From Alphaproteobacteria bacterium (GTDB lineage Bacteria > Pseudomonadota > Alphaproteobacteria > MPNO01): DNA of 64,000 bases. The DNA lies in the NCBI GenBank assembly GCA_964291675.2, contig OZ219866.1, forward strand, positions 3,520,001 to 3,584,000. The letters run 5' to 3'. The position numbers were made by a program, and so were the translations under genes. Below, piece by piece: positions 40,195-51,442 of the stretch (position 1 is the stretch's first letter; each line of letters opens with the position of its first letter). The notes beneath the pieces are model-generated. The model did not search any database and was not told the origin of the DNA. It saw only the letters and a program-made list of their open reading frames with translations.

Positions 40195-41343
40195 TCACCG
40201 CGGACGCGAGGGACTCCCCCCCATCGACAGCACCTCGCGCACCAAATCCACCTGCCGCGAGATGCCGCGCTTGTCGAAGATCTGCTGCACGTGCCAGCGG
40301 ACGGTTCGCTCCGATCGCCCCGTCACGGCGGCGATCCGGCCGACGGCCATGCCTTCGGCGAGCAGCGCCGCCACCCGGCTCTCGGCGGCCGTCAGGCCGA
40401 GGGCGGCGCCGATTTGGGCCGGGTCGATGGCCGCCGGCGCGCGGTCGACCGCCAGCACCAGCGCCGCCACGCGCCAGGGGCGGAAGTCGAGTTCGCCGTC
40501 GCCGACCGGGTTGACGTGGAGCGTGAGCCCGGGGCGATGGCCGGGGCGGCCGATGGCGAGCGATGCGCCCGCCGCCGGCTCGTCCCGGCCGGGCAGCGCG
40601 CGGGCGAGCGCGCTTTGCAGGGCGTCGTCGTCGGCCGGCAGCCGGGCGCGGAGCGATCCGAGCCGGTCGTAGAGCGCATCGCCCGTCCTGAGGATGTCAG
40701 TCCCCCGGTCGTTCGCCGTCACGATCCGACCGCGCCCGTCGAGATGGAGGATGCCCAGGCCGCCCGTGTCCAGGAGCGCCGTGAGGGACGTCCCCAGCGC
40801 CCTGGCATCGGCGAGCGCCTGCCGCACGATCGCGTATTGGCGGAGATGGGGCAGCAATTCCCGGACGAACTCGATCCGGTCGAACGACCAGCCCTCCCCG
40901 TCGACCGGATCGGCCGTGCACCAGGCGATGCGCGATCCCTTCGGCCCGTCCATGCGCACGTTAACACCGTTCTGGAACTGTCCGTTGGGCAGGCTCTCGT
41001 TGAAAGTGGCCGACGCGGTGAGCTCCTCTTCGGTGTAGAGATCGGCGACGTGGACCACCTCGCTGTCGGGCAGGCGGATCAGGCGCGGTATGCGTTCGTC
41101 GATCGGGTAGTAGAGGTCGAAATATTCGCGCTCCAACTCGCGGTGGCGTTCGCCGCGATAGTAGAGCCGCGCGAGGTAGATTTCGGTGTCGTCCGGGGGT
41201 TGCCCGCAGGCGAGGGTCAGTATGTTGCCCTTTATCCGGCAGGCCTCGTCGATCAGGGCGGAGCATGCGGGCCAGCGGGCATCGTCGAACACCGCATCGT
41301 GCAGCGACGCCAGAATTGGCTGCAACGCCGGACGCTTGCTCAT
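40195..41343 (-). CDS. LuxR-type HTH transcriptional regulator (PAS-like central region)
   Basis: C-terminal LGLTAAESRVAALLAEG...TVRWHVQQIFDKRGISRQVDLV. Confidence 0.85.
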   Translation of the reverse strand: MSKRPALQPILASLHDAVFDDARWPACSALIDEACRIKGNILTLACGQPPDDTEIYLARLYYRGERHRELEREYFDLYYPIDERIPRLIRLPDSEVVHVADLYTEEELTASATFNESLPNGQFQNGVNVRMDGPKGSRIAWCTADPVDGEGWSFDRIEFVRELLPHLRQYAIVRQALADARALGTSLTALLDTGGLGILHLDGRGRIVTANDRGTDILRTGDALYDRLGSLRARLPADDDALQSALARALPGRDEPAAGASLAIGRPGHRPGLTLHVNPVGDGELDFRPWRVAALVLAVDRAPAAIDPAQIGAALGLTAAESRVAALLAEGMAVGRIAAVTGRSERTVRWHVQQIFDKRGISRQVDLVREVLSMGGSPSRPR

Positions 41344-41618
41344 GACTGCACTTCCACTTCCGGAGGAACTCTCCGGTCCTCTTGCCAGCCAAGCGTTTCG
41401 TGCTACGGTAGAACACGAAAACGTGATCGACACCGGTAAATTTAGCGGGAAATAAAGAAATTCTATGGACTCGCGGAAATCGAACGACCGCTCCTGAGGA
41501 ACCGCCCGGCTGTCCGGCCGGGAGGGGCATCGTGGGTCGGTCCGGATTCATGACGCGGGCGGCGCCCGGTTTTTCCTGCCCCGTCCGTGGATGCCCGGAA
41601 CACCCCCGGACTTGATCC

Positions 41619-42964
41619 CATAAGCGCTAACTTGTTTGAGTCGGCTCTTTTGGTTACGGTTCCCGAGTGTTTGGTCTTGGAGACCTGCGATGGACGAGGA
41701 CTGGGAGGTTCTGCGGTCGTTTCTGCCGGCCGGCTGGGAAGAGCTGGGTCGCTCCAGCGGGGCGTTGAAGGGTCTGCGCAAGGACAAGTCGGCACAGGCG
41801 GCGCTGCGGGTTCTGCTGCTGCATCTGGGCTGCGGGCATTCGCTGCGCGAGACGGCGGTTCGGGCGCGCCAGGCGGGTCTGGCGGATCTGTCGGACGTTG
41901 CGCTGCTCAAGCGGCTTCGCAAATCGTCGGACTGGCTGCACGGGCTGTGCGTTGCGCTGTTTCGCGAGCGCGGCCTGGCGCGCCCGCCGGGTTCGCGACC
42001 GGGTTCGGGCTTGCGGGTGCGCGCGTTCGACGCCACCACGGTGCGCGAGCCGGGGCGGACGGGCTCTGTGTGGCGGGTGCATTACAGCCTGTGCCTGTCC
42101 TCGCTGCGCTGCGATTACTTCGCGGTGACGCCGACGCGCGGGGCGGGCAGCGCGGAGTATCTGGCGCGGTTTCCGGTGCGCGCGGGCGACCACATCCTGG
42201 CCGACCGGGGGTATGCGACGGCGGCCGGGATTGGCCATGTGGCGGCGGCGGGCGGTCGCATCGCGGTGCGGGTGAACACCGGGGCGTTGCCGCTCTGGAC
42301 CCCGGACGGGGCGCGCTTCGATCTGCTTGCGGCGCTGTCCGGGCTGGACCGCGCCGGGGCCGTGGGGTGCTGGCCGGCGGCGGCGGGCGGGGTGCACGGG
42401 CGCGTCTGCGCGGTGCGCAAGTCGGCCCAGGCCGCCCGGCGGGCGCGCAAGAGGGCGCGCCGCGAGGCCAGGCGCCAGGGCGGCGAGGTCAAGCCCGCAA
42501 CCCTTGCCTTCGCCGATTACGTCATCGTGTTCACCACGTTCTGCGAACAGCGCTTCAGCGCAAGCGAGGTTCTCGAATGGTACCGCCTGCGCTGGCAGGT
42601 CGAGCTGGTCTTCAAGCGCCTCAAATCGCTCGCCCGGCTCGGCCATCTGCCCAAGCGTGACGACGACAGCGCCCGCGCCTGGCTGTACGGAAAGCTCTTC
42701 GTCGCGCTTCTGGTCGACAAGCTGGTCGACCACGCCCGCGCCGTTTCCCCCTGGGGATACCGGCTGGCGGCGCCGCAGGCCGCATAGCCCGTGGCGCGAG
42801 TTCCGCTTCGTCCTCAACGAGGTGCAAAGGGCCATCGAGCCGCCCTGCGGCCTCGCCCGCACGATCGCGCAGTGGAACGACATCTCAAGAGACCTCGCCG
42901 AACCGCCGCGCCGACGCAGACCGCAGCGAGACACATACTTCATGTAGACAAGTTAGCGCTTATG
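41619..42964 (+). mobile_element. IS4-family insertion sequence inserted in a REP hairpin
   Basis: Perfect 17-bp TIRs CATAAGCGCTAACTTGT (41619-41635) / ACAAGTTAGCGCTTATG (42948-42964); 11-bp TSD GGACTTGATCC (41608-41618, 42965-42975). Confidence 0.92.
41690..42787 (+). CDS. IS4 family DDE transposase
   Basis: FDATTV, LADRGY, YRLRWQVELVFKRLKS (YREK signature). Confidence 0.92.
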   Translation: MDEDWEVLRSFLPAGWEELGRSSGALKGLRKDKSAQAALRVLLLHLGCGHSLRETAVRARQAGLADLSDVALLKRLRKSSDWLHGLCVALFRERGLARPPGSRPGSGLRVRAFDATTVREPGRTGSVWRVHYSLCLSSLRCDYFAVTPTRGAGSAEYLARFPVRAGDHILADRGYATAAGIGHVAAAGGRIAVRVNTGALPLWTPDGARFDLLAALSGLDRAGAVGCWPAAAGGVHGRVCAVRKSAQAARRARKRARREARRQGGEVKPATLAFADYVIVFTTFCEQRFSASEVLEWYRLRWQVELVFKRLKSLARLGHLPKRDDDSARAWLYGKLFVALLVDKLVDHARAVSPWGYRLAAPQAA

Positions 42965-43186
42965 GGACTTGATCCGGGGGCCGGGGCATGACGAGGGGGG
43001 TGCATGACGGGGGGTGGATGACGAGGTGGGGAAGCATGGCGAGCGTTCCGACGTTCGGGCACGACGCCGGGGATCGCCGGCGGGCGCGACGCAGGTTCCG
43101 CCGCGCCGCCGCGCCGCCCCCCTGACGCCCGGCCCCCGCTCCTTCTCCCCGTTACTCCACCGACACCCCCGCTACTCCCCCACCCC

Positions 43187-43370
43187 GTCATGCCCGGACT
43201 TGATCCGGGCACCCATGGCCGGACTTGATCCGGCCACCCACTGCCGCCACCGCCCCTCCCCCACCGGCCGTTGTGCGCGCCGAGAGGCCGCATGGGTGCC
43301 CGGGCGGGAGGCGTGGTGGCGCCAGTGTGTGCCCGGATCGCCCCGGACTCGACCGGGGGCCGGCCATGAC
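43187..43370. repeat. Family A REP-like composite
   Basis: GTCATGCCCGGACTTGATCCGGGCACCCATGGCCGGACTTGATCCGGCC...; inverted homolog of the 61295 unit. Confidence 0.82.
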
Positions 43371-43409
43371 GTGGCGGGGGTGACCGGGCGCGGCCCCTGT
43401 CGAAGGGCG

Positions 43410-44204
43410 CTACACCAGCTCCACCGCGCCGCCGCGCCGGCCGCTCGCGCGCCGGATCGAGTACCAGATCGAGTCCAGCATCTCGGTGCCGGAGACGCCG
43501 ACGGCGGGCTGGCGCTTCTCGCTGCGGAACAGGCCGCCGTCGCGGTCCCAGGCCTCGATCTCGGCCACCGCGCGGTCGAGCGCCGGGTCGCAGACCAGAA
43601 GCGCCTCGCAGGCGTCCAGCCCGGTCGAGACCAGCGCGCAGGTCACCATGGTGTTGACGTTGCGCGGGTAGAGTCTTGCGATGCCGCGCACCGGGCCCTC
43701 GTAGACCGCCGTCTCGCCGACGATCGCCGCCGGGTCGAGCCCGCTCTCGGAGAAGTCGATATTGTCGGGGTGCTTGCGGAAGGTGATGCGGACCCGCTCC
43801 CACTGCCCGGGCCGCGCCAGCAGCTCGTCGCCGCCGGCGAGCGCGCCCGCCGGCACCAGCAGCCTGGTGCCGTGCGCCGTCGCCGCGCGCTCCAGCCGCG
43901 CCCGCAAGCCGTCATCGGCGAGCGCCGTCACCGAGAGCGGCATGTAGTCGGCGAAGGCGAGGAATTCTTGCCCAAAACGCTCGGTGATGCCGGGATGGGC
44001 GCATTCGACGACCAGATCGGGCCGGCGTCCGCGCGCTTCCGCGAGGTCGCCGAGAACCAGCGCCGGGTCGATGCCGGCAAGCGCGCCCGGGCTCCGGTTG
44101 TGCACGAAGGCGGTCTCGAACGCCCTGCCCGACGCCGCCACCCGCTCGACGATCGAGCGCCCGATATAGCCGTAGCCGACCACCCCGATGCGGACCGCGC
44201 TCAC
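43410..44204 (-). CDS. Aspartate dehydrogenase-like protein (DUF108)
   Basis: IGVVGYGYIG, VVECAHP, GALAGGD, FRKHP, YEGPVR...YPRNVN; overlaps the kynU stop. Confidence 0.8.
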   Translation of the reverse strand: MSAVRIGVVGYGYIGRSIVERVAASGRAFETAFVHNRSPGALAGIDPALVLGDLAEARGRRPDLVVECAHPGITERFGQEFLAFADYMPLSVTALADDGLRARLERAATAHGTRLLVPAGALAGGDELLARPGQWERVRITFRKHPDNIDFSESGLDPAAIVGETAVYEGPVRGIARLYPRNVNTMVTCALVSTGLDACEALLVCDPALDRAVAEIEAWDRDGGLFRSEKRQPAVGVSGTEMLDSIWYSIRRASGRRGGAVELV

Positions 44205-45433
44205 GTCACCGCCTCGCGGGTGGCGCTCGCAAAACCCTGCCAGGCGCGCCCGGCCATGACCGCGTCGACGGTCTCGACCGCGTCCCACACGTCGACATGG
44301 CGCAGGTACAAGGGCGTGATGCCGAAGCGCAGAATGTCCGGGTCGCGGAAATCGGGGATCAGGTCGTTGGCGATCAGCGCCCTGGCGACCGCATAGGCGT
44401 GGCTGTGGCGGAACGAGACCTGGCTGCCGCGCCTCGCCGCCTCGCGCGGGCTCGCGAGCGCGAGGCCGTGCCGCGCGAGGCGCTCGTCGGCGAGCGCGAT
44501 GAAGAGATCGGAGAGCCGGCGCGACTTGGCCGCGAGCGCCGCCATGTCGACGCCCTCGAAGCACGCCACCCCGTCGAGCACCGCGCGCAGCGAGAGCACC
44601 GGCGGCGAGCCGACGAGGCATTTGTCTATCGAGTCCGCCGGCCGGTAGCGGTCCTCGAAGCGGAACTGCTCGGCATGGCCGAACCAGCCGGTCACCGCCG
44701 GCCGGAAGCCGCCGATCGCGCCCCGCGAGACATAGGTGAAGGCCGGCGCCCCGGGCCCGCCGTTCAAGAACTTGTAGGTGCAGCCGACCGCGTAGTCGAC
44801 GCCGCAGCGGTTGAGCGCGACCGGGATCGCGCCGGCCGAGTGGCAGAGGTCCCAGATGACGGGCACGCCCCGCGCCTTGCAGCGCGCGGTGACGGCTTCC
44901 ATGTCGAGCACCGCGCCGGTGCGGTAGTCGACATGGCTGAGGAGCACCAGCGCGGTCGCCTCGTCTATGGCGTCGAGGATCGTATCGGGCGGCGCGCGGA
45001 CCAGCGCGCGCCCGCCGCCCAGCAGGTCGACCAGCCCCTCCAGGATGTACATGTCGGTCGGGAAGTTGCCGCTCTCGGTCAGAACCTTGCGCCTGCCGCC
45101 GCCGTCGCGCAGCAGCGCCGCCGCCAGCTTGAAGATGTTGACCGAGGTGGAGTCCGACACCGCGACCTCGCCCGCCGACGCCCCGATCAGCGGCGCGATG
45201 GCATCGCCCGCCCGGCGCGCGAGATGGAACCAGCCGGCGTCGAGCCAGCTGCGGATCAGCCCCTCGCCCCACTCCGCCTCGACGAGGTCGCGTATGCTGG
45301 AAGGCGCGGTCCGCGGCAGCGCGCCCAGCGAGTTGCCGTCGAAATAGAGCACGCCGTCGGGCAGCACGAAGCGCTCCCGGCAGGAAGCGAGCGGGCAGTC
45401 TCGGTCGAGGCGTTCGAGCTCGGCGCGGTCCAT
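44201..45433 (-). CDS. kynU: Kynureninase
   Basis: YFDGNSLG, DSTSVN, NFPTD, WDLCHSAG, GCTYKFLNGGPG, RGSQVS. Confidence 0.94.
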   Translation of the reverse strand: MDRAELERLDRDCPLASCRERFVLPDGVLYFDGNSLGALPRTAPSSIRDLVEAEWGEGLIRSWLDAGWFHLARRAGDAIAPLIGASAGEVAVSDSTSVNIFKLAAALLRDGGGRRKVLTESGNFPTDMYILEGLVDLLGGGRALVRAPPDTILDAIDEATALVLLSHVDYRTGAVLDMEAVTARCKARGVPVIWDLCHSAGAIPVALNRCGVDYAVGCTYKFLNGGPGAPAFTYVSRGAIGGFRPAVTGWFGHAEQFRFEDRYRPADSIDKCLVGSPPVLSLRAVLDGVACFEGVDMAALAAKSRRLSDLFIALADERLARHGLALASPREAARRGSQVSFRHSHAYAVARALIANDLIPDFRDPDILRFGITPLYLRHVDVWDAVETVDAVMAGRAWQGFASATREAVT

Positions 45434-45499
45434 GGCCGGGAAGATAGCCTTATCCCGGGCCGGCGCGAAGCGCGGCGCGGGGGTCCTTCGATACGCCGC

Positions 45500-45901
45500 C
45501 TACGGCGCGACCGCCTCCCACGGCAGCGGGAAGCCGAGCGCGCGGGCGACGGCGGCCTGCCTCGCGTCCAGCGTGGCGAAGGCGAGCCCGCCGGGGCTGG
45601 GCGAGGCGTGGAGCGCCGCCGCGACATGCCACAGATCGGCGCCCCGCAGATAGCCCGCTTCGAGCACCGAGGCGAGCTCGGCGCCGAGCGGCCGGTCGGG
45701 CAGCACCCATTCGATGCGCGCGATCGTGTCCTCCCGGAACGCCATGGCCTCGCGCGCGAACGCCGCCCGCAGCTCCGCTTCGAGCAGGTTGGAGGAGATC
45801 AGGCCGTCGAATCGGGCGAGTCGGTCCGCGCAGTCCGACACGCCGGGCTCCTGGAAGGCTATGGCCGTCAACAGCGAGCTGTCGACATAGGCCGTGCTCA
45901 T
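45500..45901 (-). CDS. PIN-domain (VapC-like) toxin
   Basis: AYVDSS, LEAE, LRGADLWHVA, FATLDARQ; overlaps the antitoxin. Confidence 0.82.
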   Translation of the reverse strand: MSTAYVDSSLLTAIAFQEPGVSDCADRLARFDGLISSNLLEAELRAAFAREAMAFREDTIARIEWVLPDRPLGAELASVLEAGYLRGADLWHVAAALHASPSPGGLAFATLDARQAAVARALGFPLPWEAVAP

Positions 45902-46176
45902 TCGCCGCGGTCTCTGAGGAAGCGCGCCAGCGCGCCGGGCCGCCGCGCCACCGGGCGGAACGGCTGCTTCGGGTTCGCCGCCGGTACCAGGACGCCTCTG
46001 CGCCTCAACTCCTCCAGCCGCTCCTCGGTGGTCTGCTCCGGCTGCCGCTCGATGGGGCGGATCTCCGCCACCGGCTCGCCGCGATAGGAGATCGTCACGA
46101 TCCGGCCCTCGCGCACCCGCCGGATGACCTCGGAGAACCGCGCCTTGGCTTCGTGGAGCGGGTAGGTGAGCGCCAT
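45898..46176 (-). CDS. Phd/YefM family antitoxin
   Basis: EAKARFSEVIRRVREG..VTISYRGEPVAEIRP; CCAGTCT(A/G)A direct repeat upstream (46181-46198). Confidence 0.88.
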   Translation of the reverse strand: MALTYPLHEAKARFSEVIRRVREGRIVTISYRGEPVAEIRPIERQPEQTTEERLEELRRRGVLVPAANPKQPFRPVARRPGALARFLRDRGE

Positions 46177-46235
46177 GCGGCCAGTCTAACCAGTCTGACC
46201 GGTTCGTACAACCCACGGGAGAAGCAATGGGGCCC

Positions 46236-46928
46236 CTACCCGTAACGGTGCAGCGCGGCGCCGTTCTGCCGGAGCCAGGCGCGCGCGGCCTCGGGGTCAT
46301 CGCAGAGGTGCGCGACATGGGCCCAGAAGCGCGCGCCGTGGTTTGGCTCGGCGAGATGGGCGACCTCGTGGGCGACGAGATAGTCGAGCACGGCGACGGG
46401 CGCCATCGCGATACGCCAGCAAAAGCTCAGATTCCCCGCGGCCGAGCAGCTTCCCCAGCGCGACGCGGTGTCGCGCAGCGCGATGCGGCCGGGGCGCGCG
46501 CCGAGCCGGGCCGCCTTGTCCCGCACCCGGGGCGCGATCTCCGCCCGGGCGGCGCCCCGCAGCCAGCGTTCGACCCGGCCGGGCAGGTCTTCCGGGCGGC
46601 CGGAGACCTTGAGCGCGTCGCCTTCGCGCCACGCCCCGGGACGCCCGGCATCCGCGCAACGGACCGTCAGCTCGCCGCCGAGAAAGGGAAACGCGACACC
46701 GTCGGCGAAGGGCACGCGGGGTAGCGCCCGCGCGGTGCGCGCGGCGACCCATTCCCGCTTCGCCTCGAGGAAGGCGAGCCCGTCGGCCCGCGCCGCGCCC
46801 GGCGGCAGCACCAGCTCGACCGCGCCGCCGACCGGGGCCACCTTGATCTGGATGCGCCGCGCCCGCGCACTCCTGCGGACCGCGACGTCGAGCGCGCGCC
46901 CGTCGGCGAGGCGGAGGCGGGCGCTCAC
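46236..46928 (-). CDS. YgjP/DUF45 (SprT-like) zinc metalloprotease
   Basis: RWGSCS, LDYLVAHEVAHL..NHGARFW. Confidence 0.88.
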   Translation of the reverse strand: MSARLRLADGRALDVAVRRSARARRIQIKVAPVGGAVELVLPPGAARADGLAFLEAKREWVAARTARALPRVPFADGVAFPFLGGELTVRCADAGRPGAWREGDALKVSGRPEDLPGRVERWLRGAARAEIAPRVRDKAARLGARPGRIALRDTASRWGSCSAAGNLSFCWRIAMAPVAVLDYLVAHEVAHLAEPNHGARFWAHVAHLCDDPEAARAWLRQNGAALHRYG

Positions 46929-47821
46929 TCCGCCGCTTCGCGCCGGCGCAGCTCGGCGACGCAGGCGGCGACGGTCCGCTCCATCGTGCGCGCGCGGTCC
47001 ATGGACTCGCGCGTCTCGCGCCCGTAGGGCGTCGCGTCGAGCAGGCGGAACATCTCGGCCGCCGCGAGGTGGAAGCCGGGCGGCAGGCCGGCCGCGGCGT
47101 AGGTGCGCGCGATCTCCTCCATCTCGCCCACCCAGCGCCCGGCATCGGCGGGCAGGCGCGGGATGTTGGCCTGCATGCGCTCGAAGACGGCGGGCACGGA
47201 ATCGGCGATCTCGGCACGCAGGATGTCGCCGACGCCGAGCGAATCGGCCGCGGTCATCGCCGCGGTGTGCAGCGCGTTGGTGCCCTTCGACACCGAGGCG
47301 TAGCACATCTTGACCGCCGAGGCGCGGCCGATCTCGGGGCCGCATTGGCGGATCGCGATGTCCTTGCCGTCGAACGCGTCCATCACCGGCGCGGCCTCGC
47401 CGGAGACGTAGATGCGCGTGGGCTTCCGCCCCTCGGCCGGCGGCAGGCCGATGATCCCGCCGTCGATGAAGTCCGCGCCGGTGCCGCGGAAGGCGCCGGC
47501 GATCGACCGCGCGGTCTCCGGCGCGATGGCGTTGCATTCGGCGAAGGGGGGCGCGCTCCCGGTGCGCCGCATCGCGGCGGCGACGTCGTCTGCCACCGCC
47601 CGCGCCGATTCGGGCGGCAGGATCGAGAGCACGATGTCGGCCTCGGCGACCAGCGAGTCGAGATCGGCGCAGAGCCGGAAGCCCAGCCGTTCGGCGCGCG
47701 CCCGGGTCTCCGGGCCGCGCCCGGCAAGGCAGGCGATCGGGTCGTGGCCGTGCCGGGCGAGCGCCGCGCCGACGCCGCCGCCCATCTCGCCCGGGCTCAG
47801 GATCGCAACAATCCGGGTCAT
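46925..47821 (-). CDS. NAD(P)-dependent oxidoreductase (6PGD/HIBADH-like, DUF1932)
   Basis: SPGEMG, NAIAP, DGGIIG, ASAVKMCYA, RWVGEMEEI. Confidence 0.85.
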   Translation of the reverse strand: MTRIVAILSPGEMGGGVGAALARHGHDPIACLAGRGPETRARAERLGFRLCADLDSLVAEADIVLSILPPESARAVADDVAAAMRRTGSAPPFAECNAIAPETARSIAGAFRGTGADFIDGGIIGLPPAEGRKPTRIYVSGEAAPVMDAFDGKDIAIRQCGPEIGRASAVKMCYASVSKGTNALHTAAMTAADSLGVGDILRAEIADSVPAVFERMQANIPRLPADAGRWVGEMEEIARTYAAAGLPPGFHLAAAEMFRLLDATPYGRETRESMDRARTMERTVAACVAELRRREAAE

Positions 47822-47839
47822 CGCGCCGCTCCGTTCCGC

Positions 47840-49234
47840 CTATCCGACGATCTCGCCGTCTTTGATATAGCCCCGCGCGCGGCCTTCGTTCCACACCTTG
47901 CGCACCGCCGCCGCCCCGCCGGCGACGATTCTCTGCTCGTCGACCAGCAGATGGCGGCCGCCCTCGACCACCACCCTTCCGTCGACCAGCACGGCCGCGA
48001 TGTCGGAGCTGCCGGCATGCCACACCATGGTCTTGAGCGGGTCGCTGACCGGGGCGAGGTGGGAGCCGCTCAAGCCCACCACCACGAGGTCGGCGCGGCA
48101 GCCCGGGGCGATGCGGCCGATGTCGTCGCGCCCGAGCGCCGCCGCGCCGCAAGCCGTCGCCGCCGCCACCAGGTCGCGGGCCGCGCCGTCCTCCGAGCGG
48201 CCCGCGGCGAGCTTGGAGACCAGCGCCGCCGTCCTCAGCTCGCCGATCGTGTCCATCGCATAGCCGTCGAGCCCGATCCCGGTGCGGATGCCGCGCGCCG
48301 CCGTGCGCTGCCACACCGCCGCGACCGCGCCGCGCGCGAACGAGGCCGGGCAGTTCACCACCGTGGCGCCGGCGTCCGCGATCAGCGCGAGGTCGGCGTC
48401 GGAGGCGTAGACGCAGTGCGCGGCGACCAGGCCGGGGCCGAGCAGCCCGACATGGGCGAGCTGCTCGGTCGGCGTGCGGCCGTAGCGCGATTGCAGCGTC
48501 TCGCCCTCGATCGCGCTCTGCGAGACGTGGATGGTGACCGGGGCGCCCCGCGAAGCGGCTGCGTCGCGGATCCCGGCGAGCAGCTCGGCATCGCAGCTGT
48601 CGGTGCCGTGCGGCCCGAACCCCGCGCGTATGCGCCCGTCGGCGCGCCCGTCATGCGCGTCGAACAGCGCCGCCGCGCGGGCGAGGTCGCTCTCGCCGGC
48701 CGCGCGCGCGGCGTAAGCCGGCCGCCCGTCGGCGCCGATGCCGAGATCCTCGGTCGAGAACAGGTATGGCATGCCGTAGAAGCGGATGCCCAGCTCGTCG
48801 GCCACGTCGAACGAGACCGCCTGCGCGATGCGGAACTGGTCCATCACCGTGGTCGCCCCGCCCTTGACCAGGCCGAGCAGCCCGAGCGCGGTGACCGCGC
48901 GCAGCTCTTCTTCGTCGAGCACCTCCATGGCCAGGCCCTGCAGCGGCATGATCAGCCCGTAGACCGTGTCCGCGGCCCAGGAGGCGGTCGGGCGGTCCTC
49001 GACGATGCCGCGGAACAGCAGCGCCGAGATGCCGTGGTTGTGCAGGTTGACGAAGCCCGGCAGGACCAGCGCGTCGGCCACGTCGATCACGCGGTCCGCC
49101 CCGCCCGGCCGGCCCGCCGTCACCGCGGCGATCCGCCCGTCCTCGACCAGCACCCAGCGATCGGTGGCGATGCGCTGCCCCGCCCCGTCCGGCAGCAGCG
49201 CCCAGCGGGCGCGGATGGCGATGGTCTCGGTCAT
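47840..49234 (-). CDS. Amidohydrolase family protein (deaminase/chlorohydrolase-like)
   Basis: PGFVNLHNH, GPH, IHVSQ, AAHC, GLDG, GRIAPGCRADL. Confidence 0.87.
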   Translation of the reverse strand: MTETIAIRARWALLPDGAGQRIATDRWVLVEDGRIAAVTAGRPGGADRVIDVADALVLPGFVNLHNHGISALLFRGIVEDRPTASWAADTVYGLIMPLQGLAMEVLDEEELRAVTALGLLGLVKGGATTVMDQFRIAQAVSFDVADELGIRFYGMPYLFSTEDLGIGADGRPAYAARAAGESDLARAAALFDAHDGRADGRIRAGFGPHGTDSCDAELLAGIRDAAASRGAPVTIHVSQSAIEGETLQSRYGRTPTEQLAHVGLLGPGLVAAHCVYASDADLALIADAGATVVNCPASFARGAVAAVWQRTAARGIRTGIGLDGYAMDTIGELRTAALVSKLAAGRSEDGAARDLVAAATACGAAALGRDDIGRIAPGCRADLVVVGLSGSHLAPVSDPLKTMVWHAGSSDIAAVLVDGRVVVEGGRHLLVDEQRIVAGGAAAVRKVWNEGRARGYIKDGEIVG

Positions 49235-49362
49235 GCGGGAGTCTTATGTCGACATACCATCGCCGTGTAATGTCCTTCGCAGTTGGTGTAGCGGCAAACC
49301 ACCCTCCGGCACCGGAACCCGAACGGAAGCGCGGTGCGAAGGGATAACGGAGTCGAGCAGCC

Positions 49363-51441
<2,079 letters not shown>

Positions 51442-51442
51442 C

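Noticed and set aside
49245-49256. Palindrome TATGTCGACATA as an att site for the recQ-dprA unit
   Set aside because: No matching copy at the other end and no integrase; may simply be an operator.
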